A stretch of 64,000 bases of DNA from Octopus sinensis (GCF_006345805.1 NC_043009.1:54002001-54066000); one strand, 5' to 3'. Shown: positions 24,882 through 37,565, counted from the stretch's first letter. Translations and numbers: made by a program. Notes: a model not told the origin generated them from the sequence alone.

Positions 24882-25421
24882 TACTATATATATATATATA
24901 TATTATTATATATATATATATACACATATACACAAACATATATATGTGTGCAAACATACATACATACTCATACACGCACACACACTTACATATACATATA
25001 TACACACACTTACACACATATATATACATACACATATACATACATACATACATACATATATGCATACATACACACACACATATATATATATATATACATA
25101 CACATACACATACCTATACATATATATACACACATATATATACATATATGAATGTATGTAGCGTGCGTGCGTGTATGTGTATGAGTGTGCGAATGAGTGA
25201 GTGTACGTGCTAAAGAGTGTGCGTGAGTAAATGAGTGCTTGTTTTCCAGTAGACAGATAAATGGACTGGCTGTCATAGCCAAGATGTTTGTGACCAGCGA
25301 TCAAAGATAACAAAAGTAATAAATGAAGATAATAAAATTAAAATTAGGGAATGGGTCTGTATTTGTATGTGTATATATATGTGTGTATGTGTAAGGTATG
25401 CATAGGTACACATATGTATAT

Positions 25422-25452
<31 letters not shown>

Positions 25453-26050
25453 GTATGTTATGTATGTGTGTGTATATGTGTGTGTATGTGTATATATGTG
25501 TATATAGGGACTAGTGTGCTGTGTGTGCATATGTGTGTGTGGATATGTGTGTGTATGCGTGTATGTGATTGTGTGTGTATGTGTATATATATTTTTCTGT
25601 GTATATATGTATGTGTGGTCGTGTGTGTATATATACATTGTGTGTATACGTGTATGCATGTGAGTGTGTGTATGTATACATATATGTGGTATGTGTAGAT
25701 ATGTATATATATGTGTAAGTGTATATATATGTATATATGTGTGTGTGTACGTATGTGTTATGTATATGTTATATGTTTGTATGTGTGTGTATGTATGTAT
25801 ACATATGTGCATAGGTATAAGTGAGAATCTCCTTATTTACCTAAACTCTATTCCCGTTTTTTATATATTTTTATATATTTTTTTATATATTTTTTTATTT
25901 TTTTATTTATTCTTCTATCTAATTTAACACTGACTCCTTGACCACTCCCCCAAGTATGATATTTTGCGCTATGCCTACCCCCAAAAGTCCCCCACCAACA
26001 CCCCTTTAAACCTACCTAAATGTATAAATGCCATACAATTCTTGTTAACT

Positions 26051-26100
26051 AGCTTCCTGAAGATTTCTCTTGAATGAACAGTTCTAGTCCTGTAGAAGCT
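26051..26100 (+). ncRNA. Hammerhead candidate, inverted copy of 21404-21454
   Basis: Same fold, but GAAA reads GAA (one A missing; real deletion or homopolymer error). Confidence 0.55.
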
Positions 26101-26114
26101 CCTTCTATATAATA

Positions 26115-26185
<71 letters not shown>

Positions 26186-26392
26186 AATATATAAATATAT
26201 ATATATAATCTCTGAGCGAGGTATAAATATATATACATATATAATATTAGGTTACCCGGAAGATATGATTCACCCGCAGCGTTATACACAAACGAGTGAG
26301 ATTTTACAAACTCAATATATATAATAATTTTCTTTCAACTAATAATACTTAGAGCTTTCGTTATTAAATATTTATTTATCATACCAAAAGCA

Positions 26393-27250
26393 GGGCGGAG
26401 AGCTGACAGAATTCTTAGCACGACGGGGAAAATGCTCAAAAGGTATGTCTGCTGTCTTTTGATGTCTGGATTCAAATGCCACCGAGGTTGACTGTACCTT
26501 TCATACCTTTTGTGTCGGTTAAATATGTACCAGTTGAGTACTAGGGTTGATATAATCGACTTCCTGACTTGCTCGAAGTGGCCGACCTTGTGCTAAAGTT
26601 TGAAACCTGTATTTATCGCAAGGCCAAGACTGTGAGCTAGCTGAATCGTTTAAACTTCCAGCAAAATGATTAGCAGCATGTTGTCTGTCTTATGTTCTGA
26701 GTTCAAATTCCGCCGAGGTTGACTTTGCTTTCTCCCTGTCGTGATCGATAAAATAAGTACCAGATAAAACATTATGGTTCAATGTAATTGACTTACCCTG
26801 CCTTCGAAATTTCAAGGCTTGTGCCTATAATTGAAAGGGAGAGTTATGAAAAAAGGTGGCTGGTAGAATTGTTAGTGTACAAGAAATAACGCGTAACAGC
26901 ATTTCGTCTCGCTCTTTACTTTCTCAGTTCAAATTCCACCAAAGTTGATTTTACCATTTATTATTTCAGCCACTGAGCTCGATCTAATTGTCCAGGCCCT
27001 CTAAGCCTGAAAATTGTCTGGACTTACGCCCTGTGTAGAAAGGATTATTTAAATAGCGAACCGTCAGAATTGTTAGCGTGTGGAACAAAATGCTTAATCT
27101 CAGTTCTTTAGTCTCTTTACGTCTGGGGTAGAAATCCAATCAAGGTCAACTCTGATTTTCATTGTTTCGAGATCAAAACGTTAACAATTGATCGTTTTGC
27201 ACAATCCGCGTAAAATTGCTAGCATTGGGCAATAATTTGAAACAATCATT
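26393..27250 (+). mobile_element. Four head-to-tail diverged SINE family A (variant tail) copies
   Basis: Heads at ~26393, ~26625, ~26855 and ~27055, each with an AGAAT.GTTAG-like head, a TTCAAATTCC-like B-box (decayed in the fourth) and a CCTTGTGC..AA.TT.GAAA-like tail. Confidence 0.75.
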
Positions 27251-27303
27251 CATACCGTTCTGACATTTACCAAACAACCATTTTACACTCACACGTAGGT
27301 ACA

Positions 27304-27402
<99 letters not shown>

Positions 27403-27986
27403 TATATATGCATACATATACGCTCACTGACACAGAGAGTAGTAATTAATTGACGCTTAATATTATGTAATCACATATACGTTATAATATTGAACATATG
27501 CACTAAAATATGTATAAGATTACATTGCAATGTCTCCATAACTTGAGTCTACTGTGCTTATAACTGAAATATGCATACATACATATTCAAATACATACAT
27601 ACACGCGAACATAATAATATGTGTATCTATACCCCCCCCCCATATATATATATATATATTTGCATACATATACACAGTGATATAGAAATATATCTACATG
27701 CCTACATTCATACTTATAAATATATAATGGTATATTAAGATGTATCCACTTTAACCTCGCACTTACGAGAGACCTCTTTTCGAGTATATAACAGAATACC
27801 AGATAAGTGTAACAGAGTGATGAATGCATAATATAAAACTGAATATAATGTAATCCAATATATATGCTAGGATATTGCGAGTACATGATTAAATGGATAT
27901 TAGATTCCATAGGCATATTAAGATATGTCCGTATTAAGCTCACACACTCGATAGCACACTTATATATGTATATATATATATATTAT

Positions 27987-28043
<57 letters not shown>

Positions 28044-28130
28044 ATATATAGACACATATATATATATACTTATATATATATATATATATATAATATATAA
28101 TATATAACACACACACACACACACACACAC

Positions 28131-28167
<37 letters not shown>

Positions 28168-28544
28168 TATTACTGAATATGGATACGAGAAAAGGGTTAA
28201 GATCGGCACTTTTATATTTAATGTTATGTATTTCCAATATGAATTCAGTCTGAAGAAAGATTTCTTCAAAGAGTCGGACATACGGAATATAACAGTGCTG
28301 CACTTCTACCCGTTCTGTAGCGTGGAACAAACAAGTATCAAATATCAATCTACGCACTGTTGATTGCACAATGCTACGTGAAACATGAGTCCAGAGACGG
28401 TAAAAGAATATGAATAATAATGCTGATATTTAAATAATCTAAATAGAATACCATGGGATGTCATAACGTCCTACAAATTCACTTATATACGCACGTACTC
28501 TTAAACGTACCTATATGCTTAGACGTTTCTAGATAAATATATAA

Positions 28545-28576
<32 letters not shown>

Positions 28577-28949
28577 ATATATATATATATAATATATATA
28601 TATATATATACACAAATATACGCACACACACACATGTTTATATGATGCTCCTGATTACCTAGTAAATATAAAGGCAACAACAAATGTAAAATTTGTATTA
28701 TCTAAATGATCTGTCTGAAGAATTTCTAATAGGAAATTCTTTACATGTCTGTCTAACATGTAAAACACTGTAATTCCTATTAGCATATGAAACATGTGTA
28801 ATGGTGAATAAATAACAGCAAAAAGTTTTCTAATTTCCAGTATTGTTTTAGATATATATAATCTAAGTCTAAATTATATATATATATAAGTATATATATA
28901 TATAATATATGTGTATATGTGTGTGTGTGTGTGTGTATGTATGTATATA

Positions 28950-29122
28950 GGCGCAGGCGTGGCTCTGTGATAAGACACTTGGGTTCCCAATCAGTACTAG
29001 TACTTATTACTCTCCAATAAGTACTAGGTTTACGAATAAGTCCTGGTGTCGACTTTTACGAGCAAAGCGGTGCTCCAGCATGGCCACAGTCAAAAGAGTG
29101 AAGCAAGAGACAGAATAAAAGA
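28950..29122 (+). mobile_element. SINE family B, internally deleted
   Basis: Head GGCGCAGGCGTGGCTCTGTG joined almost directly to tail AATAAGTACTAGG...GCGGTGCTCCAGCATGGCCACAGTCAAA. Confidence 0.75.
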
Positions 29123-29574
29123 CTATATATACATACACGCACACAAACACATGCATAGATAAAAAATCAAGTGAGTTAGTTTATAATTGTTTAATTACAA
29201 TATTTTACACGTGCTTAATCGAAGTTTATGTGGAGAAAAACAATTTCAACATATTCGCATAAAACAATTTTTCTGTGTCTTCTAAGGCACCCAACAATGT
29301 AACTGCAACTGTCAGTTACTCACTCTATGCCCTCTTGAAGAAATGTCATCAATAAATGCCATAATATGTGCAAGTATGCACTTGCCAATCCAAAAATGAG
29401 TGAACATGATTTCCCTTTCGGATTACATCTATGGAGTTTAAACTCAAGGCCTACCGGTTTCAAATTTTAATGGAGTTATTATAGTCACGGCTCCAATATA
29501 TAAGGATATCAAAGTGAATTATAAGATTTGCCCGATTGAGACATATAAGAAATATCTTACAGATATAATTTACG

Positions 29575-29762
29575 AAATCGGAGGAAACGTACTTCCCTGC
29601 ATGCTGGTCACAGCACGCTATCCACTCCTCTCTGGAACGCGCCTTCCTCATCCATGTGGTCCCAATCGCCCTCCTAAAATCGTAATTCCACCGTCGTGGA
29701 GGACTTCCGAGTGGTCGTTTCCGATCGCACGGGTACCACTCGACAACTGCGCGGATCCACCG
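29575..29762 (-). mobile_element. RTE-clade LINE 3' end
   Basis: Open minus-strand frame NRWIRAVVEWYPCDRKRPLGSPPRRWNYDFRRAIGTTWMRKARSREEWIACC, the RTE ORF C-terminal pattern (RW..v.eW.P...R..GrP..RW...W...A..R..W). Confidence 0.85.
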
Positions 29763-31480
29763 ATTATATATATATATATTTACACATATGTATGTTAAAC
29801 AGGAAATACAAAGCCAAAGATGAAGGGGTACATTATAACAATGAAAGAGTTTAATGTTTCATAATATGGTGTCCGAACATTGTTGAAATATGTGTAGTGT
29901 GTAACTGCTTCATCCACTCCTTTCATTCACAACTAAGCGGTGGAATTTAATTTTAAACTGGAATTCTATAGCATATCAACTTACAGGAGTTTCTAATTTT
30001 GATGTCGGTCGGAGTTTATTTGATAAATTGATTAATAAATTGCTTTGATCGATTACCGGTTCCTTGCTGCTTTCCGTAAAGATCTCTTAATGCTAAAGGC
30101 TATATATGTGTGCATGTGTGTATGTGTGTATGTATGTATGCGTGTGTGTGCGTCTGTGTGTGTGTGTGTGTGTGTGGTGTGTACTGAAAGTAAGAGTGAG
30201 AGAGTTTTTCATCGGGTATTCTTGCCTTGCTCGGTTACGGCCAGCATATTAGACGTGTTAACAATAAAGCGAGGACTATGTATGGAGCTTTTCAAAATAA
30301 GGAAAGGCCTTGAATAAAGTTAATTCTAACTTCTAGAAATCGTATGCAATTTCATAACAAGAAGGGATAGTCTACGTCATTGGATGCAAACGAATTTGCA
30401 GTTATTACAGCAATGTTTTCTTTCTCTTAGATGGATTTTTAAAATCAATTCCTACTGATGGTAAGAATATATCCGTCGACGTTAATTGTAAGCTCACATA
30501 ACAACTGCCGCAACAGTGGCCATTGTTACCATAGCAGGACTAAAAAGGGATATCCTAGCTGCTTTTTTGTAAGAAAATCAAGCGAAGGCATTGCTCTATA
30601 ACAGGTTGTAACCGGCATCCTATATTGATTCAACCACAGACAGAAATTTATATAAGCTTATGTGTGTGAATGTATGTTTATGCTTGTGTAGATATGCATG
30701 TGTACGTTTTTATGGGTTTTTCGTTAGCTCCTCTTTTGCGTATCGGTTTAAACTTTTCTCATAAATTTCCTGGTATATGTCAAAGCACTGATCATGTAAA
30801 TTGATCATGTAAAACAGAGTATCAAACTAAAATATCATTAGAATGTTTGCACGATCATTTAAAACCTTTGAATGTGTCGCATATTTCAATGACAAAAACC
30901 AAAAATAAGTTTTAAATTCTGTCATTTGTTCATAATTTTCCAAGCTTGTTCATCCTACATTTTTTTTAAACATCGATGTGATACCTTGACTTTGATTTCC
31001 ACTTCAGTTTTATGTTGCAGACATATGTTGTACTATAATCATTCTCAATAATAAGTGATACGAAATGCAATTAAACAGTGGAACATCTCTATTTATATAT
31101 TTAATGTTTTGATACGGTTTCCAAAATAAATTAGATGTGAGACGCCTTTCAAACGCGGTTATTCTTTTATTTCATTTCATGACGAAGTTCATAGCTTCAG
31201 GACACGTTCAATTTGATATGAATGATATAAATGTAAGACATTCAATTAACCTAAAATATGTGAAATAAATCAACAAATGCAGAAACGGAAGTCAGAAATT
31301 GAGCATCATATCTAATGGTAAAAAATAAATTAATTAAGAAACAAGAAATCTAAGAAGAAAAATATGACTATAACCCATCAGAAATTCACCAGGATTTAGT
31401 GACGAAATGTGTATTTTCTTTATTAAGAGCTTTTGAAAATATGGAGGGAAAGACTATAATGAGCGAAACGGTTATATATA

Positions 31481-31705
31481 TTTCTTTATTGCCCACAAGG
31501 GGCTAACATAGAGGGGACAAACAAGGACAGACAAAGTGATTAAGTCGATTACATCGACCCCAGAGCAAAACTGGTTCTTTATTTATCGACTCCCAAAGGA
31601 TGAAAGGCAAAGTCGACCTCGGCGGAATTTGAACTCAGAACGTAACGACAGACGAAATACCGATAAGCATTTCGCCCGGCGCGCTAACGTGTCTGCGAGC
31701 TCGCA
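31481..31705 (-). mobile_element. SINE family A monomer
   Basis: Head, B-box, core and TTTCTTTATTGCCCACAAGGGGCTAA tail all present. Confidence 0.9.
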
Positions 31706-31852
31706 TACAATAACTTAACGGCACAGGTCTATCGTACATCTCTGGCGGTCTCTCACTTGTCGGTTTCGCCAGCGGGATGAATTAAAGAAGATTAACATTG
31801 GAGGAAGACAGAAGTGTTATTTGCCAATAATAAAATGGAAGAACAGGGTTAA

Positions 31853-32151
31853 TCTATATATATAAAAGTGAAGTTGTGTGAGTGTCTGTCTCCTACGATT
31901 TAGATTCCTAACTACTCCCACATTTTGCGGTGCAGGTTAACCAAAACCAGGTATCTTATAGTCGTGATTCATATCGAGCCCTTCTGGGTATTAGCGCGCG
32001 TCTACGATGAGTCAACGATTTAAAAAAAAATTTACCATAATTTTTTTTCCATTTTTAATGTATTTTTTGCTGTTTTTTGTCTATAACTCTCTAAAAATGC
32101 TTTATAGTTATTTCCCTTAGAAACCCGAGCAACGCCGGGCGATACTGCTAG
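31853..32151 (+). mobile_element. Complete non-autonomous Helitron (~299 bp)
   Basis: 5' A|TCTATATATATAAAA; subterminal hairpin CCCGAGCAACGCCGGG (32124-32139); 3' CTAG|T; inserted between A and T with no TSD. Confidence 0.85.
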
Positions 32152-32603
32152 TGATAGATAAGACTGTGCATAGAAAGGAATCCTAATTTCGCAGAAAATG
32201 TTATGGTGTGGATTTCTCCCAAATTATTAGCCATTTTTCTTTTAACCTTTTGCATGTTACTCCACCCTAAACATTGCATACGACAATTTCAAGAATTACT
32301 TACTATTTTCTTTTACCGAATCGCTGGAATATGAGAGCGTAAACAAACTAAAACCGGTTGTAAAACGGTGTGGTGCGGAGATATAGATACATAGACTCAT
32401 ACACAAACATGACACACACACACACACACACATACATGCACATGCGCACTCACACAAACGCGCATGCACACACGCACGCACACACACATATACAACCGAA
32501 TTCCTACGAGTTTCCATCTACCTTTCCTCACTCAAAAAGCTTTAGTCGGCTATCGTAAAACACAGGTGCCCAAGTTGCCGTGCAGTAAGAATGAACTGGG
32601 AAA

Positions 32604-32990
32604 GGCGGCGAGCTGTCAGAAACGTTAGCACGCCGAGCGAAATGCTTAGTGGTATTTCGTCTGCCATTACGTTCTGAGTTCAAATTCAGCCGAAGTCCAC
32701 TTTGCCTTTCATTCTTTTCGGGGTCGATTAAATAAGTACCAGTTACGTACTGGGGTCGATATAATCGACTTAATACCTATGTCTGTCCTTGTTTGTCCCC
32801 TCTGTGTTTAGCCCCTTGTGGCTAATAAAGAAATAGGTATTTCGTATGCCATTACGTTCTGAGTTCAAATTCAGCCGAGGTCCACTTTGCCTTTCATCCT
32901 TTTCGGGGTCGATTAAATAAGTACCAGTTACGCACTGGGGTCGATATAATCGACTTAATCCACTTGTCTGTCCTTGTTTGTTCACTCTGG
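32604..32990 (+). mobile_element. SINE family A, head plus two tandem ~185-bp units
   Basis: GGTATTTCGT unit starts at 32651 and 32836. Confidence 0.9.
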
Positions 32991-33151
32991 TGATTGTAGT
33001 ATGTATCACTGATAGAGTGTTGATTCACATACGTTGTTGTGGGTGTTTCACCAGTCAACGTGTTCGACTGTTCCTTCTTTTCTACTAAAAGATTTACGTG
33101 CGTTATTGCTAAAGAAGATATATCATATATAATCACCTTATACATTATTTA

Positions 33152-33374
33152 CATTACTCTTTACTTGTTTCAGTCATTTGACTGGAGCCATGCTGGAGCA
33201 CCGCCTTTTAATCGAGCAACTCGACCCCGGGACTTATTCTTTTGTAAGCCCAGTACTTATTCTATCGGTCTCTTTTGCCGAACCGCTAAGTAACGGGGAC
33301 ATAAACACACCAGCATCGGTTGTCAAGCAATGCTAGGGGGACAAACACAGACACACAAACACACACACACATAT

Positions 33375-33416
<42 letters not shown>

Positions 33417-33577
33417 TATATACGACGAGCTTCTTTTAGTTTCCGTCTACCAAATCCACTCACAAGGCATTGGTCGGCCCGGGGCTATAGTAGAAGACAC
33501 TTGACCAAGGTGCCACGCAGTGGGACTGAACCCAGAACCATGTGGTTAGTAGATAAGCTACTTACCACACAGCCATT
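33152..33577 (-). mobile_element. SINE family B, full length
   Basis: Reverse-complement match to 13565-13995 including the internal microsatellite (~33345-33425). Confidence 0.9.
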
Positions 33578-34996
33578 TAAATATAGAACTGAATTACCTA
33601 ATAATACAACATATCAGTACATATAAAATATACAAGTATTTCGGTATACTCATAGGTAATTTGTGGTGAAGATATTGTTTACAATATTCTGCTGTGTTTC
33701 TCCAGACACCGTCTTGGGTGAATGTCCCATTGGTCTCTACTACGAGGAATTCATATTACAGACAAAAGTACTTCTTCGTATAATATCTCGAGGATATCAA
33801 AACGATTCCTATCATTTTCTATTAGTTGAAACATATCAAAAAGACCAGACATAAATTTGTCCCGAAGAGGTTGACTCTAGAGCGAAAACAAGCTGATATA
33901 TCATGCAAGATCAATAATTTCAAGGTGAATACAATAAATTTTGATTTCAAGCAAGTCAAAAAGAATAATATAAGTTATATAACGCATTACTTAAAATATT
34001 TGCAGACAATATTATTAAAAGGATTTTATTTTTTAAAACTAAAATAATAACCAATTATTCAAAAGCATTGATTATTAAATTTTCGTCTTGAATAAACATA
34101 AATTCCATTTTGGTTTTTAAAATCTGAATGCACGAACGGATTTGATTTCTACAAATATTCTATATTATTTTATATTATTTTATTTCTCTAAATCAATAAT
34201 TCTGTTAATATTACATTTTCATTTGATTAGCTCTGTATTTTGGAAGTGGTTAATGGCTGACACAATGATAGATAGGATGAAAGGGGGTTTTCTTCGTTGA
34301 TTCTTGTTTCAGATGACTTGACGCTAGGGCCGTACACCTCGCCCAAACTACATGAGAACTATCTCTACATTTTTATGTCAAACGTTCCACTCGTGCATCA
34401 ATTACAAGAGTTGACGTTTGCAGAACCATTTCCTTAATTACAATAGCTGTTACAATAGATCAAAATTGTCCAACCCAGCTGTAAAAATATTTCCTTCACA
34501 AATTCTAGCCCTGAAGAAAACCGGAGCACTAATAATGACCTTTAAATACAACTCATTTCAGAGGACGGCAGTCTCAAAAACGCATTCATGTCTCCTTACG
34601 ATAATAAATATTCGATAAGAATTGGTTGCAGAATGCTCCCAGAAATAGCCATGTATTCAGTAATTTACGACCCTAAGGAAACAAAAATATACCGATCACA
34701 ACAAACGCGCTACCATACATACATACACACACGTACACACACACAAACACACAAACACACATGTATGTATAATCTCACAGAAAGCGCGTATATATCTATA
34801 AATATATATATATATATCTGTATATGTGGTGCCTGCACGCGCGCGCATGTGTGTGCATTAATAATATTTATTGTTCTTTTAATACGGGTTGTCTCAAAAT
34901 AAAATCTATACATCTTTTTTCTTTTTACTGAATGAATCGTTATCGCAGCCACGCTGAATCTATTTTGATATATGCATGCCTCTATCTATTTAAAAC

Positions 34997-35029
<33 letters not shown>

Positions 35030-35050
35030 ATAATATATATATATATATAT

Positions 35051-35081
<31 letters not shown>

Positions 35082-35082
35082 C

Positions 35083-35130
<48 letters not shown>

Positions 35131-35170
35131 ATGTATATATATATAACATATATTATAATATATATACATG

Positions 35171-35205
<35 letters not shown>

Positions 35206-35458
35206 GTATATATATGTATATATATATATGTGTTCTATATATATATGTATATATATACGTTTATACACATATTCACATGTGTATATATACATGTATATAT
35301 GAATGCATGTGCATGTATACAGAGCGATATAGATAGTTGGATGGATACATTCATAGAGAGACAGACTGACAGATAGACAGAGGAAGAGAGAGAGAGTGGG
35401 GGGATATTTGAGCATGTATATGCATGCATGAATATCCATTTATCTACATGCATACATA

Positions 35459-35509
<51 letters not shown>

Positions 35510-36514
35510 GTATGCGTGTATGCGTGTACGTGCGCATTTTTTGCGAGTTTGGCTGTGTATGCGTTTGTTCATTTAATAGTGTCTCTGTGTATCTGTCTGT
35601 GTATGTGTGTTTGTATGGCATTATATTTGTCATTCATTTCTGAAGAAGAATGCTTCTTGGATACATTCTCCGGAATATATCGGAGAAACATGAATGGAAA
35701 ACGAAAGAATATAAAGAGAATGAACAGTATAAAGAAATGGCTACTATGTTATCAGTTGACAGTTGGCATTGTTGTCTATGTTTTATCACAGTTCATTCAA
35801 GGAGCGTGATTGCTTCTAGTTGTTATCTCACCCATCGCTCATCACCGCGATTTGTAAAAAAAAAAACCAAAAAAAAAAAAAGAAAAACAGAAAAAAAAAC
35901 AGAAAACTACAAAACAGAAACATGACGAAACAAAAAGCCGGTTGCAAAATACATCGAAAAATAGAACATTAAACAAATTAGAAATATAGAAAAACCGAAT
36001 TCAGAATATAAACAACCTCCACAATAAAAAAAATAAATAAAACAAGAACAAAAGCACGGTTCACAAACCTACTTCAACATTATCAGTTTTATGTATCACC
36101 ATAACAAAATATCAGTAACGTAACAACAACCATCATCAATACAACAATCACCAACATCAACACCAACATCAACATCATCAACATTACCATCACCATCACC
36201 ATTGCCAGGACTAATATCATCGAAAATAACAACAGCAGTTTTCAACTAAAACTACGGAGAATATATTCGGTGGAACCATGAATGGTGTGCAATAATGCAT
36301 TCCTTTGCCTCTTTATTATTTTTGCTTCTGTGATTCGTTCTTTAAAGGTTTTGAATTGTTAGCCAGCTTTGTGGAGAAGATTTCCATTATGTTACACTCA
36401 CGTGCTTTATTTTATTTCCTCGTTTTGTTTCGTCAAGATTTGCCAAGCTATTGAAAGAACGGTTACAGGAAGCAAAACTTACGAACAAATGAAAATAATA
36501 ATAATAATAATAAT

Positions 36515-36738
36515 AATGGTTTTAAATTTTGGTACAAGGCCAGCAATTTTGAGGGGTGGGACTGGTCGATTACATTGCTTCCCCCACCCCCTACACCCGT
36601 CTTGAAATGGTATTTATTTTTTCGACCTCAAAATGATGAAAAGACATAATCGAATTCTACTGAATTTGAACTCGGAACGTAAAAACAGACAACATGCCGC
36701 TAAGAATTTTGTTAACAATTCTACCAGCTCGACACCTC
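36515..36738 (-). mobile_element. SINE family A variant, diverged
   Basis: GGTACAAGGCCAGCAATTTTGAGGGG tail, GAATTTGAACTC B-box, TTCTACCAGCTCG head. Confidence 0.7.
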
Positions 36739-36854
36739 AAACAAGACATGCAGCGACTTGCTCAAGAGCACAATGTGATGCCCAGTCCGAGAATCGAACT
36801 TCCTATATAGCGAACCACTGGGCTACACGCCTTCACACAAAGAAAATAATAGAA

Positions 36855-37020
36855 AGGTGCAGGCATGTTTCTTTTTTAAAAAGCTTGTTTGCCACCACGG
36901 GGTTTCAGGTTTTGTCCCACTACGCGGAGTGACTAGAACGTGTTTTCTACTGTAGCCCCTTGCCGACCCATCTCTTGTAAATTGTGAGTGATAGAATGGC
37001 TGATGAAAACCCTGTTGCGT
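36855..37020 (+). mobile_element. SINE family B 5' half, diverged (a SINE C head lies at ~36745-36832, minus strand)
   Basis: AAGCTTGTTTGCCACCACGGGGTTTCAGGTTTTGTCCCACTACG...TTCTACTGTAGCC, ending in (TG)n. Confidence 0.6.
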
Positions 37021-37152
37021 ATGTGTGTCTGTCTGTGTGTGTGTGTGCGTGTGTGTGTGTGTGTGTGTACGTGCGTGCATGTGCCAGCACGTGAGTGTTT
37101 CTTTGCGTTTTCACTCTGCTAGTCCCTATCAGAACCTTACAACCGGTAAGCC

Positions 37153-37565
37153 GGTGAGCTGGCAGAAACGTTAACGCGCCGGGGCGAAATGCTTAGCGGT
37201 ATTTCGTCCGCCACTACGTTCTGAATTCATAATCCGCCAAGGTCGACTTTGCCTTTCATCCTTTCGGGATCGATTAAATAAGTACCAGTTACGCACTGGG
37301 ATCGATATAATCGACTTAATCCGTTAGTCTGTCCTTATTTGCCCCCTCTGTGTGTAGCCCCTTGTGGGTAGTAAAGACACAGGTATTTCGTGTGCCGTTA
37401 CGTTCTGAGTTCAAATTCCGCTGAGGTCGACTTTGCCTTTCATCCTTTCGGGGTCGATAAATTAAGTACCAGTTACGTCGTGGGGGTCGATATAATCGAC
37501 TTAATCCCTTTGTTGTCTATCCTTGTTTGTCCTCTCTATGTTTAGCCGCTTGTAGGTAATAAAGA
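37153..37565 (+). mobile_element. SINE family A, head plus two tandem ~184-bp units
   Basis: GGTATTTCG unit starts at 37198 and 37382. Confidence 0.9.

Larger units (their letters stand above)
21399..26104. repeat. Inverted duplication: left arm ~21399-23083, right arm ~25146-26104, ~2-kb spacer
   Basis: Unique blocks match in reverse complement: CTTTGATCGCTGGTCACAAACATCTTGGCTATGACAGCCAG (~22903 vs ~25270), CACTAGTCCC (~21725 vs ~25508) and the HHR block (~21404 vs ~26051). Confidence 0.9.

Noticed and set aside
26393-27250. Regularly spaced repeats suggesting a CRISPR-like array
   Set aside because: Units are whole diverged SINEs of over 200 bp with no short repeat-spacer structure; eukaryotic context.
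28250-28740. CTGAAGA-plus-hairpin motifs at 28250 and 28715 (also 35639 and 40483)
   Set aside because: Hairpins are not followed by a free GAAA and closing stems.
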